Source: Felis catus (lineage: Eukaryota). From it: DNA of 64,000 nt. The translations under genes were made by a program, and so were the position numbers. Shown here in pieces: positions 24,665 through 39,166 of the stretch. Under the pieces are notes generated by a model. The model was not told where the DNA came from. It saw nothing but the letters and a program-made list of their open reading frames with translations, and did not search any database. The first letter of the stretch is position 1. Each line of letters opens with the position of its first letter. The stretch is taken from contig NC_058368.1 of assembly GCF_018350175.1 (NCBI RefSeq), positions 51,709,815 through 51,773,814 of the forward strand. The letters run 5' to 3'.

Positions 24665-26488
24665 GTATGATGGGCTTGTTGTATCTGCCTCCTGTCGATA
24701 TTCTGGAGAGGGCTGTATTTTATTAATTTCTGAACCAAATCATCTACCAAGATCTGCAGGCAGCATTCAGAAGTTGCTCTCTCATCATTGTTTCTTCCTC
24801 CCTTTTGAGGGATCCAATGCCTACTGGATTCTGATGTCCTCAAACTTTGTTCCTTTTCCCCCTAATTTCCTTTTCAAAGATGCAGTCTTTTCTCCAGCTC
24901 CCTTGGGGTCTTGAATACCTAGGTAATATTTTCAATGACAGAGCTCACCAAAGGGTAAGCTACTTCAGGTAGCACTTTTAGTAGAGCCCTGCGACAGGGG
25001 ATGCCTTACCCTGAAATAATGGCTGTGGTGTGGACAAATGTTGCCATGCTCCTGCGTTCAGCCTGCATTGCTGCTGCCTCCTCTGCAGATTGCGTTGACC
25101 CTATTTCCAAGTAGAGTCAAAGGCCTTATCTCAAGACATCAATCTGTGTTTGTGTGTTTATTTCTTCCTTCTCTGAAATCCTCTGCCTGGCCTCCCACCT
25201 TCTGCTTGTGCTGACTTCGATTTATTTAGGTAGACCTGTGGTGGCAGAATATTCTTCATGAGACAGAGCGTGACGGTGGAAGCAATTTTTGCTTGCTGAA
25301 GAGAACACAGTGCTAGTGAATCATGATCCAATGGAAAACAAGTGCATGAACTTCAGTACTTCTAAACTGTTTTATTTTCTTTGCCTGCACCTAGGACCGT
25401 GTCTAGTGTAGGGTAGGTGTTCAATGTTTGTTGATAGACTGGATATTTGCCAAAAATGCTCCTGTAGCTGGAATTCTGGTTGTGTCTGCAGAGTCTCAGA
25501 AAATGTGATCACCTTTCTCTTGGACCCAAATTTCACATCTCCTACCCACTGCAAGAATCTTTCCTCTGGCAGGTTAGACATAATTCAGGATCATTGAAGC
25601 CAGCGATAAGACTCTTATTTTTGTGATATACATTTGACTAGCTCTTGTGAGTAGCATTGACTACTTACATTGAGCTGAAATCTGCTTTGATTTATGCCCA
25701 TTTTTTAAATCTTAGTTCAGTCCTGTAGTGCCTCAGAGAATAGACCTGCTTCAGAAATTTAAAGCCAGCTCTCCTTCTCTCCTTATCCCAGACTTTCCTT
25801 CTCTGGGCTTTCCTCTGATATGTCACTCTCCTCTGAATGTCTTTATTTTTGGTCCATATCTAAGTCTTTTTGACAGAGCCCTTAGCTATCTCTATCAGTT
25901 AAAATTACATCCTGGGAATGTGAAGACATCTTTCTAATTGGATATTCATGTGTTTATGTTTATGCATATACACACATATATATTTATATACGTATATGTA
26001 ATTATAATTGAGGTTAATATTACTGCGACATTCACATACATTTTCATTATTCTTACTTTCAGAGTTTTTTATCATGTAGCTTTTTAAAAACCATAGAGTA
26101 GATTGTTTTTTATTATAAAATATTTCAGATATGCAGAAAAATAAAGAGAAAAAGAAGTATGTTGATGATAAACACTGATGAACCCACTAGCTAGATTTAA
26201 CAAATATTATTTTCCAGATTCTTTTCATGTTTCTCTTTAAGAAATGTCCACATATTCGTGTCAGGAAAGCAGGGAAAGGAGCTTACTTGTGAGCAGAGAG
26301 CCTAGATTGTAGGCTAGTTACTTCCTATTGAGTTGATGAAATAGTTTTCATTTTATTTCCAAGGCTTATGGAAAAGTCATCTCAATGCCTTTTAACTGTC
26401 AAATTATTTTCAGCCTTTCCTGGTAGACATGTGGGTGGGATCAGGTCTTTCAAGCACCATGTTTATCAACGATGTTGTTTCCTAACAG

Positions 26489-26554
26489 ACAGTCCTGGTT
26501 TCCGCCACCTCCTCCTGGTTGCAGTGCCACTCCAAGCATGGGAGCAAGCAGAAG
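26489..26554 (+). CDS. SCEL: Sciellin exon 9, QSWFPPPPPGCSATPSMGASR(R)
   Basis: taacag acceptor, gtaagg donor, 66 nt, phase 2-2. Confidence 0.95.
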
Positions 26555-26754
26555 GTAAGGGAAAGGTATCAGATGTAATTGCTGGGTAACTTGATGGAAG
26601 AATGTGTTGGAATTTGACAATGTATAATTGCAGAATCTTTGCAATAAATCGGAGGCTGTCTTGTGAACTCTGAGTGCTGAATAAGACGGTGCCCAGTGGG
26701 AGTGAGGTCAGGGTACCGGTGCGTCTGGTAGGAAATCTGCAAGGAGCATGTAGC

Positions 26755-27214
26755 TGTATTCGTTTGCTAAGGGCTGCTGTAACAAAGTCCTACAGACTGG
26801 GTGGCTTAACAAAAATGTTTGTCACAGTTCCAGAGGTTAGAAGTCCAAGACCGAGATTTCGGCAAGGTTGGTTCCCACTGAGCACTGAGAGGGAGAATCT
26901 ATTCTACACTCTCTCCCAGTTTCTGGTGGTTTTCAGGCACTCTTTGGCATTTCTGAGTTGGTATAAGCATCATCCAGATCTCTCCCTCCATCTTTAGATG
27001 GTGTTCTCCCTGAGGGCATGTCTGTCCACATTTCCCCTTCTTAAGAGAATACCAGTCATATAACATATGTGGCCCTTTCTACTCCATTATGACCTCCTCC
27101 TAACCTAACTAATTACATCTGCATTGTCCCTATTTCCAAATAAAGTTGCATCTGAGGCACTGTGGGTTAGGGCTTCAACATATGAATTTTGGGGGCACAC
27201 AATTCAACCCATAC
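26755..27214 (-). mobile_element. MLT1-type MaLR solo LTR
   Basis: tgtattcgtttgctaagggctgctgtaacaaa start and gggcacacaattcaacccataca end. Confidence 0.85.
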
Positions 27215-30199
27215 AAGCAGCAGAGGAGAGAACGGAGTCCAGCACCAGGCTGGGCTCCGCTATGGGCTCCCGGTGCACCACTGCCTCCAGGCTGTGATGA
27301 ACCGGTATGACTGGGTGAGGATATGACTGGCAAGTTCTTCGTAAACTTTAAGGGATAAAAGGGTTGTTTATACTTCAATGTTTTGTCGCTAGCAATAATT
27401 ATAACTAAATTTATAGACCGTGTGGAGGGCACCTTGTTCTACAAAATCCATGCTAGGAATGTCAACAATCATTTAATTTATTGGGTGATTATGGTGTGCC
27501 AGATATTGTTCTAGGATCTGGGGGTATGTCAGTGCACAAAAATGGAGCCTACCATGACCTTCAAAGAAGCAGACACATGTGGACAACTCCTACAGTCTAT
27601 GCCATCTCTACCACACAAAGAAAAATAAGTCTCTGATTTGGTTTTGCTTTAGGGGATCCAAAATTGTTTTTTTTATGTCATCAGCCCCTAGAATATCTCC
27701 ACCAAACATTTCCGTGTTCCAATGGGTCTTACTTTTCCAATTCAACACTTGGAAACAAGAGTTTATTAAACAATGTGTTTGTTTAGTATTAGATTGCTTT
27801 ATTTCCCAAAATTTTCATCTGCTGTGCAGAAAGTATATTTGCATATATTTTATATTATTCATATATGCATAATTATTAAACATGTTGAACAATCACAACT
27901 TGGAATTACATCTACCTTATCTGTTAAAATATTTTCTTTTTAAGCCTCCTCATCTATAGGTGACTTCCAATTATATGAACTGCCAAGTATAGATTATGTT
28001 TCTAGTTTATAACCTTCTTTTCTTTTCCCTCAGGCAGTTAGCTTTCTTTTTATGAGTGATACCTTTCATGGAGCTACCGAAGTGGGGGAAATATTAACTA
28101 GGAGTTTTGGTAGTTACTATTGTTTCCTGAGTATTTTAAGACCCATCCAATTTTGTATTAATAGATAATAACTGGTACTTAGAAATATTTATTATCTCCA
28201 AAAACTTACATTCATCTTCTATGTATTATTCCAAATTAATGTAAATTATCATTACAATTAGAAACTGGTTATATAACTGTGTAAAAATACAGAAGGATTA
28301 TTCATGAGTTACTATCTCGTGCTTTCAATGCCCATTGAGCTTCTGGATCTCTGTTTGCATAGAACTGGTAGTGCTTGGCTATATGCCCTTACAATTTATG
28401 CATTGCTGGATGTAATTTACATGGAAGATAAAATGAGTCACAATGCTCCTATTTCTGGTTCCTGGATTAGGTCCATAGCACCAGAAATAAGGGAAAGAGA
28501 AGATTATTGGACTAGGTTGATCAATTTAGCTATCCATTCCTTTTTTTAGAGGCACAGATTATTACTATAATGGCTAAACTGAAAGATTTCTCTTTGAGGA
28601 TCAGAGCTAATGTCATGCCAAGCTTTCAGGGGAGGAGGGAATAATAACAATATAGCAATGCCTTTGATTTCTAAAATGCTTTTCTTTGGAAGAGCTCAGA
28701 GTAAGCTTCTGTTTCTCACCTTTAATGCCAGTGTATTCCTAGGGCTGAAAAAGAGCCTTTTTAGTGAAAGCTGAAAAATAGAAGCAATTATTAAATGATA
28801 AAAGAAGCAAAGGCTTAAAAAAGAAATCTTTGTCCCCAGAAGAACACAAAGAAAATGAAAATAGGTCAAAAATATAAAAATGGGGGACTATGGTTTTTAA
28901 TACTAGCTAATAGCTCAGTGCTAACCTTATTTCCCTCATCCCTCACTTATACACTTGTCTCCTCCTCTCTTTTCCCTTTCTCATGTCTTCTGTAACAGAG
29001 TTACCCCTTAATACTAACACTCTTACTCTCTTTTCTGTTCATTTTGTGAACCTTCATTTTTCCCATCACCAAATCTTTCCCAGGGATTTCATTTTCTCTC
29101 ACACACCCCTGTCTTTGCAGCACATTTGAAAAGACCGCCAGACTTCCCAGCCATTGTGGGAGTGAGTCCTTTTCTTCAACCTTTTCCCCCCTTGACCTCT
29201 CTGTGGCCTTTGACACCATGGATCATCCCCATTCCCCCAGTTGTTCCTTTCTTGACTTACAGAATATGGAAAAATCAAACTTATTTGTGTTTAGATTAAA
29301 AATTTGTGTTGGGATTGTATTTGGATTAAAATCTATTACAGGTTTGATGTAAGCTGCCTTAAGAAGGGTGTCAAGCTTTTTTGTCAGCAGAAGAACCCAT
29401 GATATCACACCTTTATCTATATTTATATGTATACATCTATCTATAGCTAAGACTATATAAGACTGTGTTTATGTCTATATCTATTTCTGTATCTACACCT
29501 ATAACTATAGCTGCATGTAATTCTGTATCACTTAGCATGAGACTGGTGAGTTCAATTAGAGATTAAATGAGAGAATTTAATTTTCTAAAATAACCATATA
29601 TTATACCAAACAGAGAGAAAAAAAGCAATTTTTTCAAACAGGTATCATTTTATGTATGATATACATTAGTTTTATGGTGAGAGGTTAAGATCTGGGGATC
29701 AAACAGAATTTTGGAGTTAAGAGTTAAATATCTTTGAAAGCCTCTTGCCTTTAAAAAAAATAAGATTAAAGAGAGAAGCTATAATTCATGATAACAAGAC
29801 ATAGCATGTAAATTTTGGAACTTAAGTCAAAACTTTTCTAGCTGGTTTCTAAAGCAGCTCCTTGGTCATTGGGATGAAAATATTCTCTGACCTCCTCTAC
29901 CTTCTTTTGTCAGAAGAGAGACAACCAGCATAGCATTTTGAATGACCAAGCTACATCAACAAGATTATTTCTTTTGAAATCTTCTTATCCAGTTCCCCCA
30001 GAACTTATAATTTCTTTTCATTTTAATTAAGACTGAATCAAGATTTTAGCTTTTATAATTGCTCTTCCCTGTTACTGTCATCTGTCTCTCCTCCTACCTC
30101 TGTGATCAAATCCCTGCTTCACTGGTTTCCTTCTCTTTCCATGTTCAAACCCCTTTCATCTTAAAATATAAACTTCTTAAAAATTAATAGCCTAATTAT

Positions 30200-31400
30200 A
30201 CAAATTCATTTGACAGGCACCTGATCTCTTCATCACAACCAAAATTTTCAGAAAAATTGATGATACTTGCCATCTTTATTTTCTGGTTCTCATCATCATT
30301 AGTTCACAGAAACAGCTCTCCTCAAGGTCACTAATGGCCTTCTGATAAATTCTTGCTGACATATCAGCCTCTGTGACTACTTGACCTTTCAAAAGGCATC
30401 ACTGGCTGTTTTTGCCTTTAGGATATTTCTCTTCTATCTTTTGAGAAACTTCTCCTCCCCCCCCCCCCCCGCCATCCCCCATCCCAAATATACTCCTGGC
30501 TTTCATTTCTTTAACCATTGTTTCTCAGTCTCCTTTACTATCTCATCCTTTACCAATCCTTAATTGTTGATGCTCCTAAAACCTCAAAGTACTTCCTTTC
30601 CTCCCATTCTGTATTTTCCCCCTCCACAGGTCACCCATGCCCAAAGCTTCAACGGCCAGGTGTGTGCTCTTAACTCCTTCATTTATATCCACTCCACATC
30701 TCTTCTCTGAGTTACTTTAGATAGCCAACTGCCTGCTCAACACCTTCATTTAAATTTTTCAAAAGCATTGCAAACCTAACATGTTTAAAAGGAAATTCAT
30801 AATTTTTCACACTAACCTGGTGCTCTATCTTAATTAATAACATTATCCTTCAGCCTGTTGACACTCTTGAAAACTTGAACTTATTTTTCACATTTTTCTT
30901 TGCTTAATCATCAATATCCAATCCATCTAGTAAATCTTATCAATTTAGCTCCAGAATGACTCTTGCATCCATATACCTCCTTCATTTCTTTCATCATATC
31001 TCCTTTGGACTCCAGTAGTGGCTACCTGGATATTCTCCCTTCATCCACCCTGATACCCACTGCCCTGATCTCTTCTCCACACAGCTGCCCAAATGATATT
31101 TATAAAAGGTAATTGAAACATGTCACCCTCCTAAAGAAAAATATGACTTATCATTGTTCTTAAAATAAAGACTCCCATCCTTAGCACTGACCGCCTGCTA
31201 TTCCCTGGCTTCCATCCCTCATAACTCCACTTTGCTCTCTGTTCTAGTCAGGTAATTGGTTTTAAATGCACCGTACCTTCTATAGACCCTTAGCGTATAA
31301 GGTCATGTCTGCTTAGAATCCTATCTTCTCCACCAGTTGGGGCCCTTATGTTCCTGTGGCCATATTTTCATTAGGTTCTCTTCAGAATATCACTTCTGAC
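30200..31400. mobile_element. Degenerate L2 LINE
   Basis: Pyrimidine-rich L2-like motifs such as ctctcctcaaggtcactaatggcctt and ccaactgcctgctcaaca; boundaries approximate. Confidence 0.6.
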
Positions 31401-33279
31401 TCATGTCTGTTCTGTTCTGTCTGCTTCACACTAACTCAGGTATAGGAGACGGCAGCTTCCCGCCTTGATTTGTCCCAATACCACTTGTATAAGATTTTAA
31501 TAAAAATGAACTGCTAACAGCCCATTGTAGAAGCCCAGACCAAACTAGGTCAAATGTGATTTTACAAATTCCTGTTCTTTAGTTCTTTGACCACACCTGT
31601 TATTGGTTATTTCTTCTTGGCTGACATTTCTCTACAGGCCTGATTCAGTTGCTCTTTTGCTCAGTAGCCTCTCATGCCTTCTTTCTTCCATCTCTCTTTT
31701 TCTCTCCCCCACCCCCACATTCTCCTCTCCCCTCTTACTTCCACTCCTCAGTTTTATATTCATTATTTGTGTGGGTGGTCTAGTTCTCTCTTTGCTGTGC
31801 CAGGCTCTCCTCAGAGAATCTCATCCCCACCACCAAACATGATGATATAGTTACTCTTTGAGAGGCACTTTATCCTACCTTTTATAACATAAAATTATTT
31901 TGTGTCACAATAATATAAACATTCAGTCATCCACACTTAAATCATCAAAACTGTCACTGGCCTATCTCCTGTATTTCTCTTATTCAATAGTCATCATAGT
32001 GAGTTTGAGGGATCTGGATGCTGATCAAGAAAAAAATATGACCACTGGGGGGCAGTTGCACACTCTGAGCCTTATTTGGATGGTGCTTTGACGGGTTTGC
32101 CTGGGGAGCCAGTCACTCTGGGCATAAAACTTTCCAAAACAACTGCACAGGAGCTGCCATCAGAAGGGAAGGAGGGCAAGGGAACTCTGAAAGAAAAGGA
32201 GATTCACAGAGGGGGCTTTCCTGTCCAGGTGATGCCCTCAGCAGCATGGCCGCAGGGGTTTGGGGTCCTTTATGGCTCTCAAAGTTGGATAATATGGATG
32301 CACAAATAATCACAACACAAGATCAGCTATAGTATCATAAGAAAAGCATCAACATTCTCTGGGAGCTCTGATGTGGTGGGGAAAGCTTCTAGAAGGGAGT
32401 TCAGGGAAAAGGTCCTGAAAGAGGTGTGGCATTTGGGGGAAAGAGAGGAATTACATAATACTAAGTGTTCAAGTCCAGGGTGATTTTAAGTGTAGTGATG
32501 CCACCGATCAGTACAGGAAGAAACAGGAGCAGAATGGGATACACAATTGGTCTTAAGAGGCTGTCATTGATTTGAGCAGGTACAGTCTGGGATACTGAAA
32601 GGATATATTTGTGGAGGTAATTACCGAACAGTGAGAAATGAGGGAGGTGCTCAGGTAAGAGGTTGGTGCCAGAGATCCAGGTTTGGGAATGATCCCAGAG
32701 ATTTTAAATATGGTATCTTCAAAGTGAGGTTACCTATGGAGAAAATACTAAATTTGAAGACAATGAAAGTGGAACCTTGATGTGTGTCTACACATAAGGG
32801 GTTGAGGGAGGAACCAGAAAATGAGACTGTAACTAGTGCAATTACATGGTAAAGATGAAGTGTAATACGAGGTTGGTTGTGGCGAGGCAGAGTGAATGGA
32901 TACATTCTACATCCAAAATCAGTCATCCTTCAAAGTCTGGTATGAATCTTATTTCCACCACATACCCTTCTCAGCCCACGAGGTTGTTTTGGTCGTCTGA
33001 ATTCAGAAAGCTTATTGTCTGCAATTCTCACTTGGCAATTAATTGTGCATTACCTTAGAACATTACTTATTTTCATGGTGTACTTAGCTAGATGGCATCG
33101 TCTTATAATTTTTTGAGTCATCCGTATGACTTCATCCTTAGTAACTTATCAATAAGTGCATACTGATAAATGTTTTGTAATGTTTCTCAGTAACTACAAA
33201 ATAGGGGCTTCCCTCAACCCGTTATCATATTTATCTTTTTGTTGTTAGGCTTTATTCTATATGCTTAAATTATGAGGAC

Positions 33280-33460
33280 TGTATATATGTGTGTGTGTTT
33301 ATATATATATAATATATAGCTTATATTATATTAATTATATATATATATATATAGTGTGTGTGTGTGTGTGTGTATATATATAAAAAATATACATATATAA
33401 TCTCCCCTCACTTCCCCTGTCTGTATCTGTGTCTCTGTGTCTGTGTCTGTCTCTCTGTCT
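33280..33460. repeat. Compound (TA)n/(TG)n/(TCTG-like) simple repeat
   Basis: Seen directly. Confidence 0.85.
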
Positions 33461-33859
33461 TTCCAAAACAATTGTTGATCTCTGACTAAATGCTAGGAGC
33501 TCACTTTGCTAAAAGCCAGGAATACAGAGATGTGTAAGACCTAGTCCCAATTTCAAGAAAGACAAAGTGTATAAGGGAGTCAGTTTGAGCCAGGAGTACT
33601 AAACATGAAGACTGGCCCTAGTTAAGAGTGAGTCCTTGAGGGTATGATAAACACAGAAGTTGCAATAGCCACAAAATATGTGGACCAAGGAGAGGGAGAC
33701 AGTAGAGAATGTGTTCGAGGTATAGTAGGATTAAAAGAGATGCTTAAGGTAAACCTTAAAGAGTAAGCAAGAGAAAGCTAGGTGCAGAGATGAGGTAGGG
33801 GTGGAACCATTCCAAGAAGAAAGGAGAGGAGGGGCAAATGTTCTAATACCAGAGAACAT

Positions 33860-33860
<1 letters not shown>

Positions 33861-33906
<46 letters not shown>
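33861..33906. repeat. (GT)n microsatellite
   Basis: Perfect dinucleotide run. Confidence 0.97.
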
Positions 33907-33909
<3 letters not shown>

Positions 33910-36164
33910 GAACTATGGGACTTCTATCCAAGAAGCATTCTCTGCATTCTTCTTTATCAGTTATGTTTAGTCATAGCAGGAAATCTAGTAATTACAAATT
34001 CAATGTCATTTCGAAAAATGTCTAGATAACCATTTATAGATATACATTTATAATTTGTGATAAGCTTAGGTACCTTTTCAGAATATCATGCTTCTTTTTT
34101 GTGTTAATGCTTTGCTATTGCATAATTTGAGCTCTGGCTGTGCTTGAGATTGTGATATATATCATAGAAAGTACAAATGTCATCGCTGTGGATAATTATT
34201 AGGTAAGAGCCAGTGAAGTCTGCCTTTCCCACTTTCTGCTTTTTGAATATGAATCAGAAAGCAATTTGTTAGCAATTGCTAGTGTATGCCTTCAGTTTTC
34301 AAGTTGTTAAACTTTTCCTCATTTTTGAGTCCTTCACAAGATTGATAAGATAACCTTTGCCAGCCTTGAGCCAGGGCATGGACAATAGACTCCATTCATG
34401 GGAGATATTCAGTCACATCATGATGAAATATGGACACAGCATTTCTAGGAAGTTGATGTTGAAGGTACTTCCAATTTCAGAACCAACTGTTCAATGTTTG
34501 TGTTCTGTTTATGATACGTTCAAGTGTTCCTATGTTTTTATGTGGCTTAGAGAGCCCGTGGTTAAATGGCATGTGGAGCTCATTTAAGAAACTTAGTGAA
34601 GCTGAATTAAGGTAGTTTCTGAACAGACAATAAGAATGTTTATGATGTTACCCATTATGGCGATTCAGGACCACTGATGAAGCCAATTCCACCACCACCA
34701 CCACTACCAAAACACCAATCTGGTTTTTTCTGGAATTGTTTCGGGACACAGAGAAGAAAATACATAGCTTCCGATAAAATTAAAATAGTGGAAACACACC
34801 TAAGAAATTTCCCTAGGAAATTACCACATAGTTAAATGCTTGCTATGTACTTTTATATTTTCTCATCTGTATTTGTTCAACCTCTTCTTCAGTGGTTTTT
34901 ATTGTCAGTGAGTTGATTGGTAGAGTTGAAGGAGGAAAGAAAATCCTGATTGAGATGTGAGTTGCCATGGCAACTACAGTTATATTTTTCTGTGTGTAAC
35001 TATAAATGGTAAAATGTAACCCTTCTAATTATACTGCTACATTTTTAACTCTATTGGTACCAGACCCTCTGCAAAGTTTGTTGTCATGGTAAATTAAATC
35101 TATATGTTTCATTTGTATCCCAACAAAAGTCTTTATTTTAATTAGAATCTGTTTTGCAAAAATTAAGATTCTAAAACTCTTAGTAAAATATCAAACTACA
35201 GTGATTTTAAAATCTAATCTGAATGCCTACAAATAGCCCTTCTGGGCATTCAAAATAATTAAAATGTTAACCTGAATCAAGGTTTATTATTTTTGAAGTG
35301 TGTCATTTGAATAGAATGAAAAGAAAGCAAATTAAAAATGTGCCAGTGGAGGGCTTAAGCTTTATTTAGCAGGAAGTTGCTTTTTCCTCAGTCCTATGAA
35401 GTCAACATAGACAGGCTCTGCTCTCCTAATGCTAGTTTTAAGTAACTCATGCATTCAAACAACAACCATCAAAGACATCCTGCTCCCCACCCCCCATCCA
35501 GATTCACCACCCCTGCTCCCTTGGAGCCCCTGTTGCCTCTATTGCTGCCCCAGGTTGCTCCTTGAACTATGATGAAGCGGCAAACCCTCAGACTCAGAAG
35601 CAGGAGCAAGGAAAAAGCAGTGATAATCAGGATACTGAGGGGCAAGGGCCCTGCCGAAACCATCACCCTCCAGGTTACAGCTCCCTCTGTCCCAGCCATA
35701 AAAACAGTTTGATTTTTTTAAACAAGTGATTTCACCCTGTAGTAGTATTGTCTGAAGGTCTATCAGATAGAGATTGTAAATCTCACCTCTAAAAGCATGA
35801 AAATTCTGAGAGATTAAAGGGGCTGTCTGTGGTGATTCAAATCTTAGTGTCAATTACATAAATCATGTTTTTTTTCCTGGTAAAACTGAGCAGAATTGGG
35901 ACAGGCTGAGAGATGGTGGCTTGAATTTCATGAATAGGGGATGGCTTTGGAGGAAGAAGACTGGGAGGGAGAGAGTCCTAGGTGTGGTATAGTGTAAGTG
36001 ACAGGAGCATACTGTGACATAGACTAGGCTTCCAAGAACGTAGGAGGAGGGTAGTGGGAAAAGTGGGTGAGGGGTGTGTGCAAGGGCCCACATTTTACTT
36101 AAGAGTGTCTGCACACTTGGGGGCACTGCTTTGTCCTCTGATCTTTCTTCTTCCTCTGTCAGAA

Positions 36165-37074
36165 ATAGACAGAATATTAGATATGTGGAATCACAGTATG
36201 TGTAGCCTTTTGAATATGGCTCTTTCACTTAGCACAATGGATGTGGGGTTCATCCATGCTGTTCCGTGTATCAGTAGCTTATTCCTTTTCATTGCTCAGT
36301 AGTATTCCATTATTTGGAGCTACACAGTTCATTTATCCATTCAACTGGTGAAGGAAATTCAGGTTGTTTTCATAGGCTCTAAGAGTTCACATATGGGTTT
36401 TTGTGTGTACCTATTTCTTGGTGTGTGGGATTGCTAGGTCATATGGTAAGCATTTAACTTTATAAGAAACTTCTGAGCAGTTTTTAAAGTGACTATTTTA
36501 TTTTGCACCCCACCAGCAACACACAAGAGTTCAAGTTGTTTCACTTTCTTAACATTACTTAGTACTGTCAGCTTTTAAAAGAATTATTTTAGCCATTCTG
36601 ATATGTGTGGAGTGTATCTCATCCTGGCTGTAATTTGCATTTCCCTAAAGACTAGTGATGTCAAGAATCTTCTCATTCGTTTATTTGTCGCCTGTACATC
36701 TTCTCTGGTTAAATATCTGTTCAAATCGTTGGCCTATGTTTTCAATGGGTGGTTTGTTTCCTTACTGTATATTTGCGAGTTTTAAAAACTTACGTACTGC
36801 TTACAAGTCCTAAGTCAGATATGTGATTTGCATGTATTTTTCTCCCAATGTGGCTTGGGAGAAAAATCCTTCTCTTAACAATGTATTTTTGCAGAGCAAA
36901 AGTTTTTATTTAATGAAGTCCGGTTTATCAAGTTATTGTTATTTTTTTAGTAAACTGTGCTGTTGGTGTCATATCTGAGAGCCCTCTGCCTAACCCACAG
37001 CCACAAAGATTTTTCTTCTAAGAGTTTTATACTTGTATGTTTTATATACAGGTCTGTGATTCATTTTGAGTAGA
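36165..37074 (-). mobile_element. Old L1M fragment (end of ORF2 and 3'UTR)
   Basis: L1 motifs tggctctttcacttagcacaatg, taatttgcatttccctaa, aaatatctgttcaaatc, ttggtgtcatatctgaga. Confidence 0.8.
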
Positions 37075-37324
37075 TTTTTTTTTTTTGAGAGACAGTGAGA
37101 GTGAGAGCGAGAGAATGAGAGAGTGAGAGAACGAGAGAGCATGCGCGCAAGAGAGCATGCACAAGCAGGGGAAGGACAGAAGGAGAGGGAGAGAGAGAAT
37201 CTTAAGCAAGCCCCATGCTCAGCGCAGATCCCGACATGGGGTTTGATCTCACCACTGTGAGATCATGATCTGAGCAAAAACCAAGAGTCAGATGTTTAAC
37301 TGACTGAACCACTCAGGGGGACCC
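37075..37324 (-). mobile_element. Can-SINE
   Basis: Reverse SINE with expanded GA region; TSD-like gagtaga. Confidence 0.88.
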
Positions 37325-39166
37325 TGGAGTAGACTCTTTTTCAATGCTAAAAAATTTTAGAACTTTACCTGATAGTAATTGGACTATTCTTATTATGTCT
37401 TTGAGAAAATATCTAGGGACCAAAAGTTGCTATGAATTTAACAGTACTTAAAATTTCTGTCTCTTTGTGTCTATTGGCTAGCTAAAGTTTACATATTTTC
37501 TTATAGAGCTAATTAAATTATGTTAATTTAAATTGTATTAACCACAACCACATCTACATACATTTGGAAAGTGCAGTATATCAATGTGCAAGGTGCTTAG
37601 TCTATAGCAAGTACTTGGGGCTCGGTGGAATTAAGGATGCCTTGTAATAACTCTGTCTTCCCACAGTCATGTAGTGGTTTGCCAGCCACAGATCTGGACA
37701 GATCTTCTCCTTTTGTAGATAAAGAAGCAGAGGTTCAGAGAATCAGCCCTCTTTCTAGGGTCCAACTGAGTTAGTGGCAAAGCTAGTCTAAAACGTAGGT
37801 CTCTGGAATTTTGAGGAAGGTGCATGCTCTATTGCTGTGTTATGGTTTCTTGAAATGGCCCCTGGCCACTAGGAAGTGAGACTTCATTATAGTAATCATT
37901 CTTTTGAACATGTTCCTTACATTCTATAAGCTCTTTGAGATCAGGGACCACATCTTTTTTAGCTTTTGAATGCCCAGTTTTGCTCATATGTTGCTATGTG
38001 TCCTAATATTAAAACTGGGGCATTTGTGGAATAAATGCTTGTTGAGCTAATGACTCCTTCCTTGGGCAAGAAAGTAATGCATGACAACATATTGTTATTA
38101 GATTTTCACTGGGAATACTGGTGTATTGGTATTGGTCTGATCCAGTATGATCTAGAGAATAACACATGAGATTCAACATCAGAAAAACTAAGCTGAAACC
38201 CTGGCTGGCTGAACTACTTACTAGCACCGTGACGTAGGGCAGATTACTTAACCTTTGGGACTCATCGAAAAACAAAACAAAACAAAACAAAAAACAAAAC
38301 ATACTCCATGAGATAGATGTATGAATGGAATAAAATAATGCTTGTGAGAGGTTGACCAAGTTAGTATGGTACTGAAACTCAAAAACTAGAAGTTCCATCT
38401 CCTTTGTCACTTTGTGGGAATAAAAATTCAGTGTGTGAAAAACAAAGCCTAAGCATGATGGAAGTTGAAAACAAAACTCACAGTTAAATGTTAGAGTCGA
38501 TTATTCTTGTTTCAATCTAGGCATGTGCTGTAGTAATGAAATGCTTTTCACGAGAGTGTGCAGACAGAAGTCCCAGAGCCAGGCATGTTTTGCAAAAAAG
38601 CCATGATGAAGAGAAGTGATTTTTGTAGCAGCACAAGAAAAAGAAGTAATATAAACTGCTTCATGATGTCATTTCTATCAGCTCTGGCCTTCGGGCTCAT
38701 CTGCAAGTTTTCCCATTTCTTATGAAAGCTGTCTTTTTTATTCCCAGAAGTTATTCCTTACAATTATAGTCACTCGTGTGGTGGCATGGATCCTGCAAAG
38801 GTCTTGTCGGCTTGAAGGAAAGACAGGGGGTAGAGCCAGGGGTCAACTTATCCAAGCTTAAATATTGCATCTCACGGTGGTATTCAAAGAGGATCGTTCC
38901 ACATGCATGTCTCTTGTTTCCTTCTCTTCAAAACATTCTGGGCCACAGCTTCCTGCCTCGCTCTTGCATTTTAATCCCCTGGCTTGGCATTACATCAAGC
39001 TCCTGGCAGGGCATGAATGACTTCTCTCATTGCCCCTAAGGGCTTGGGTTCTGTCATCTGTGGCTGTCATTGCGGAGATGCAAATGAAAGCTTCTATGAG
39101 GTGAATCGAAGTCAATGTGGCATTGCCTAGCCCCAGCCCAGCAGCGCTCTAAATGCAGCACCTTCC

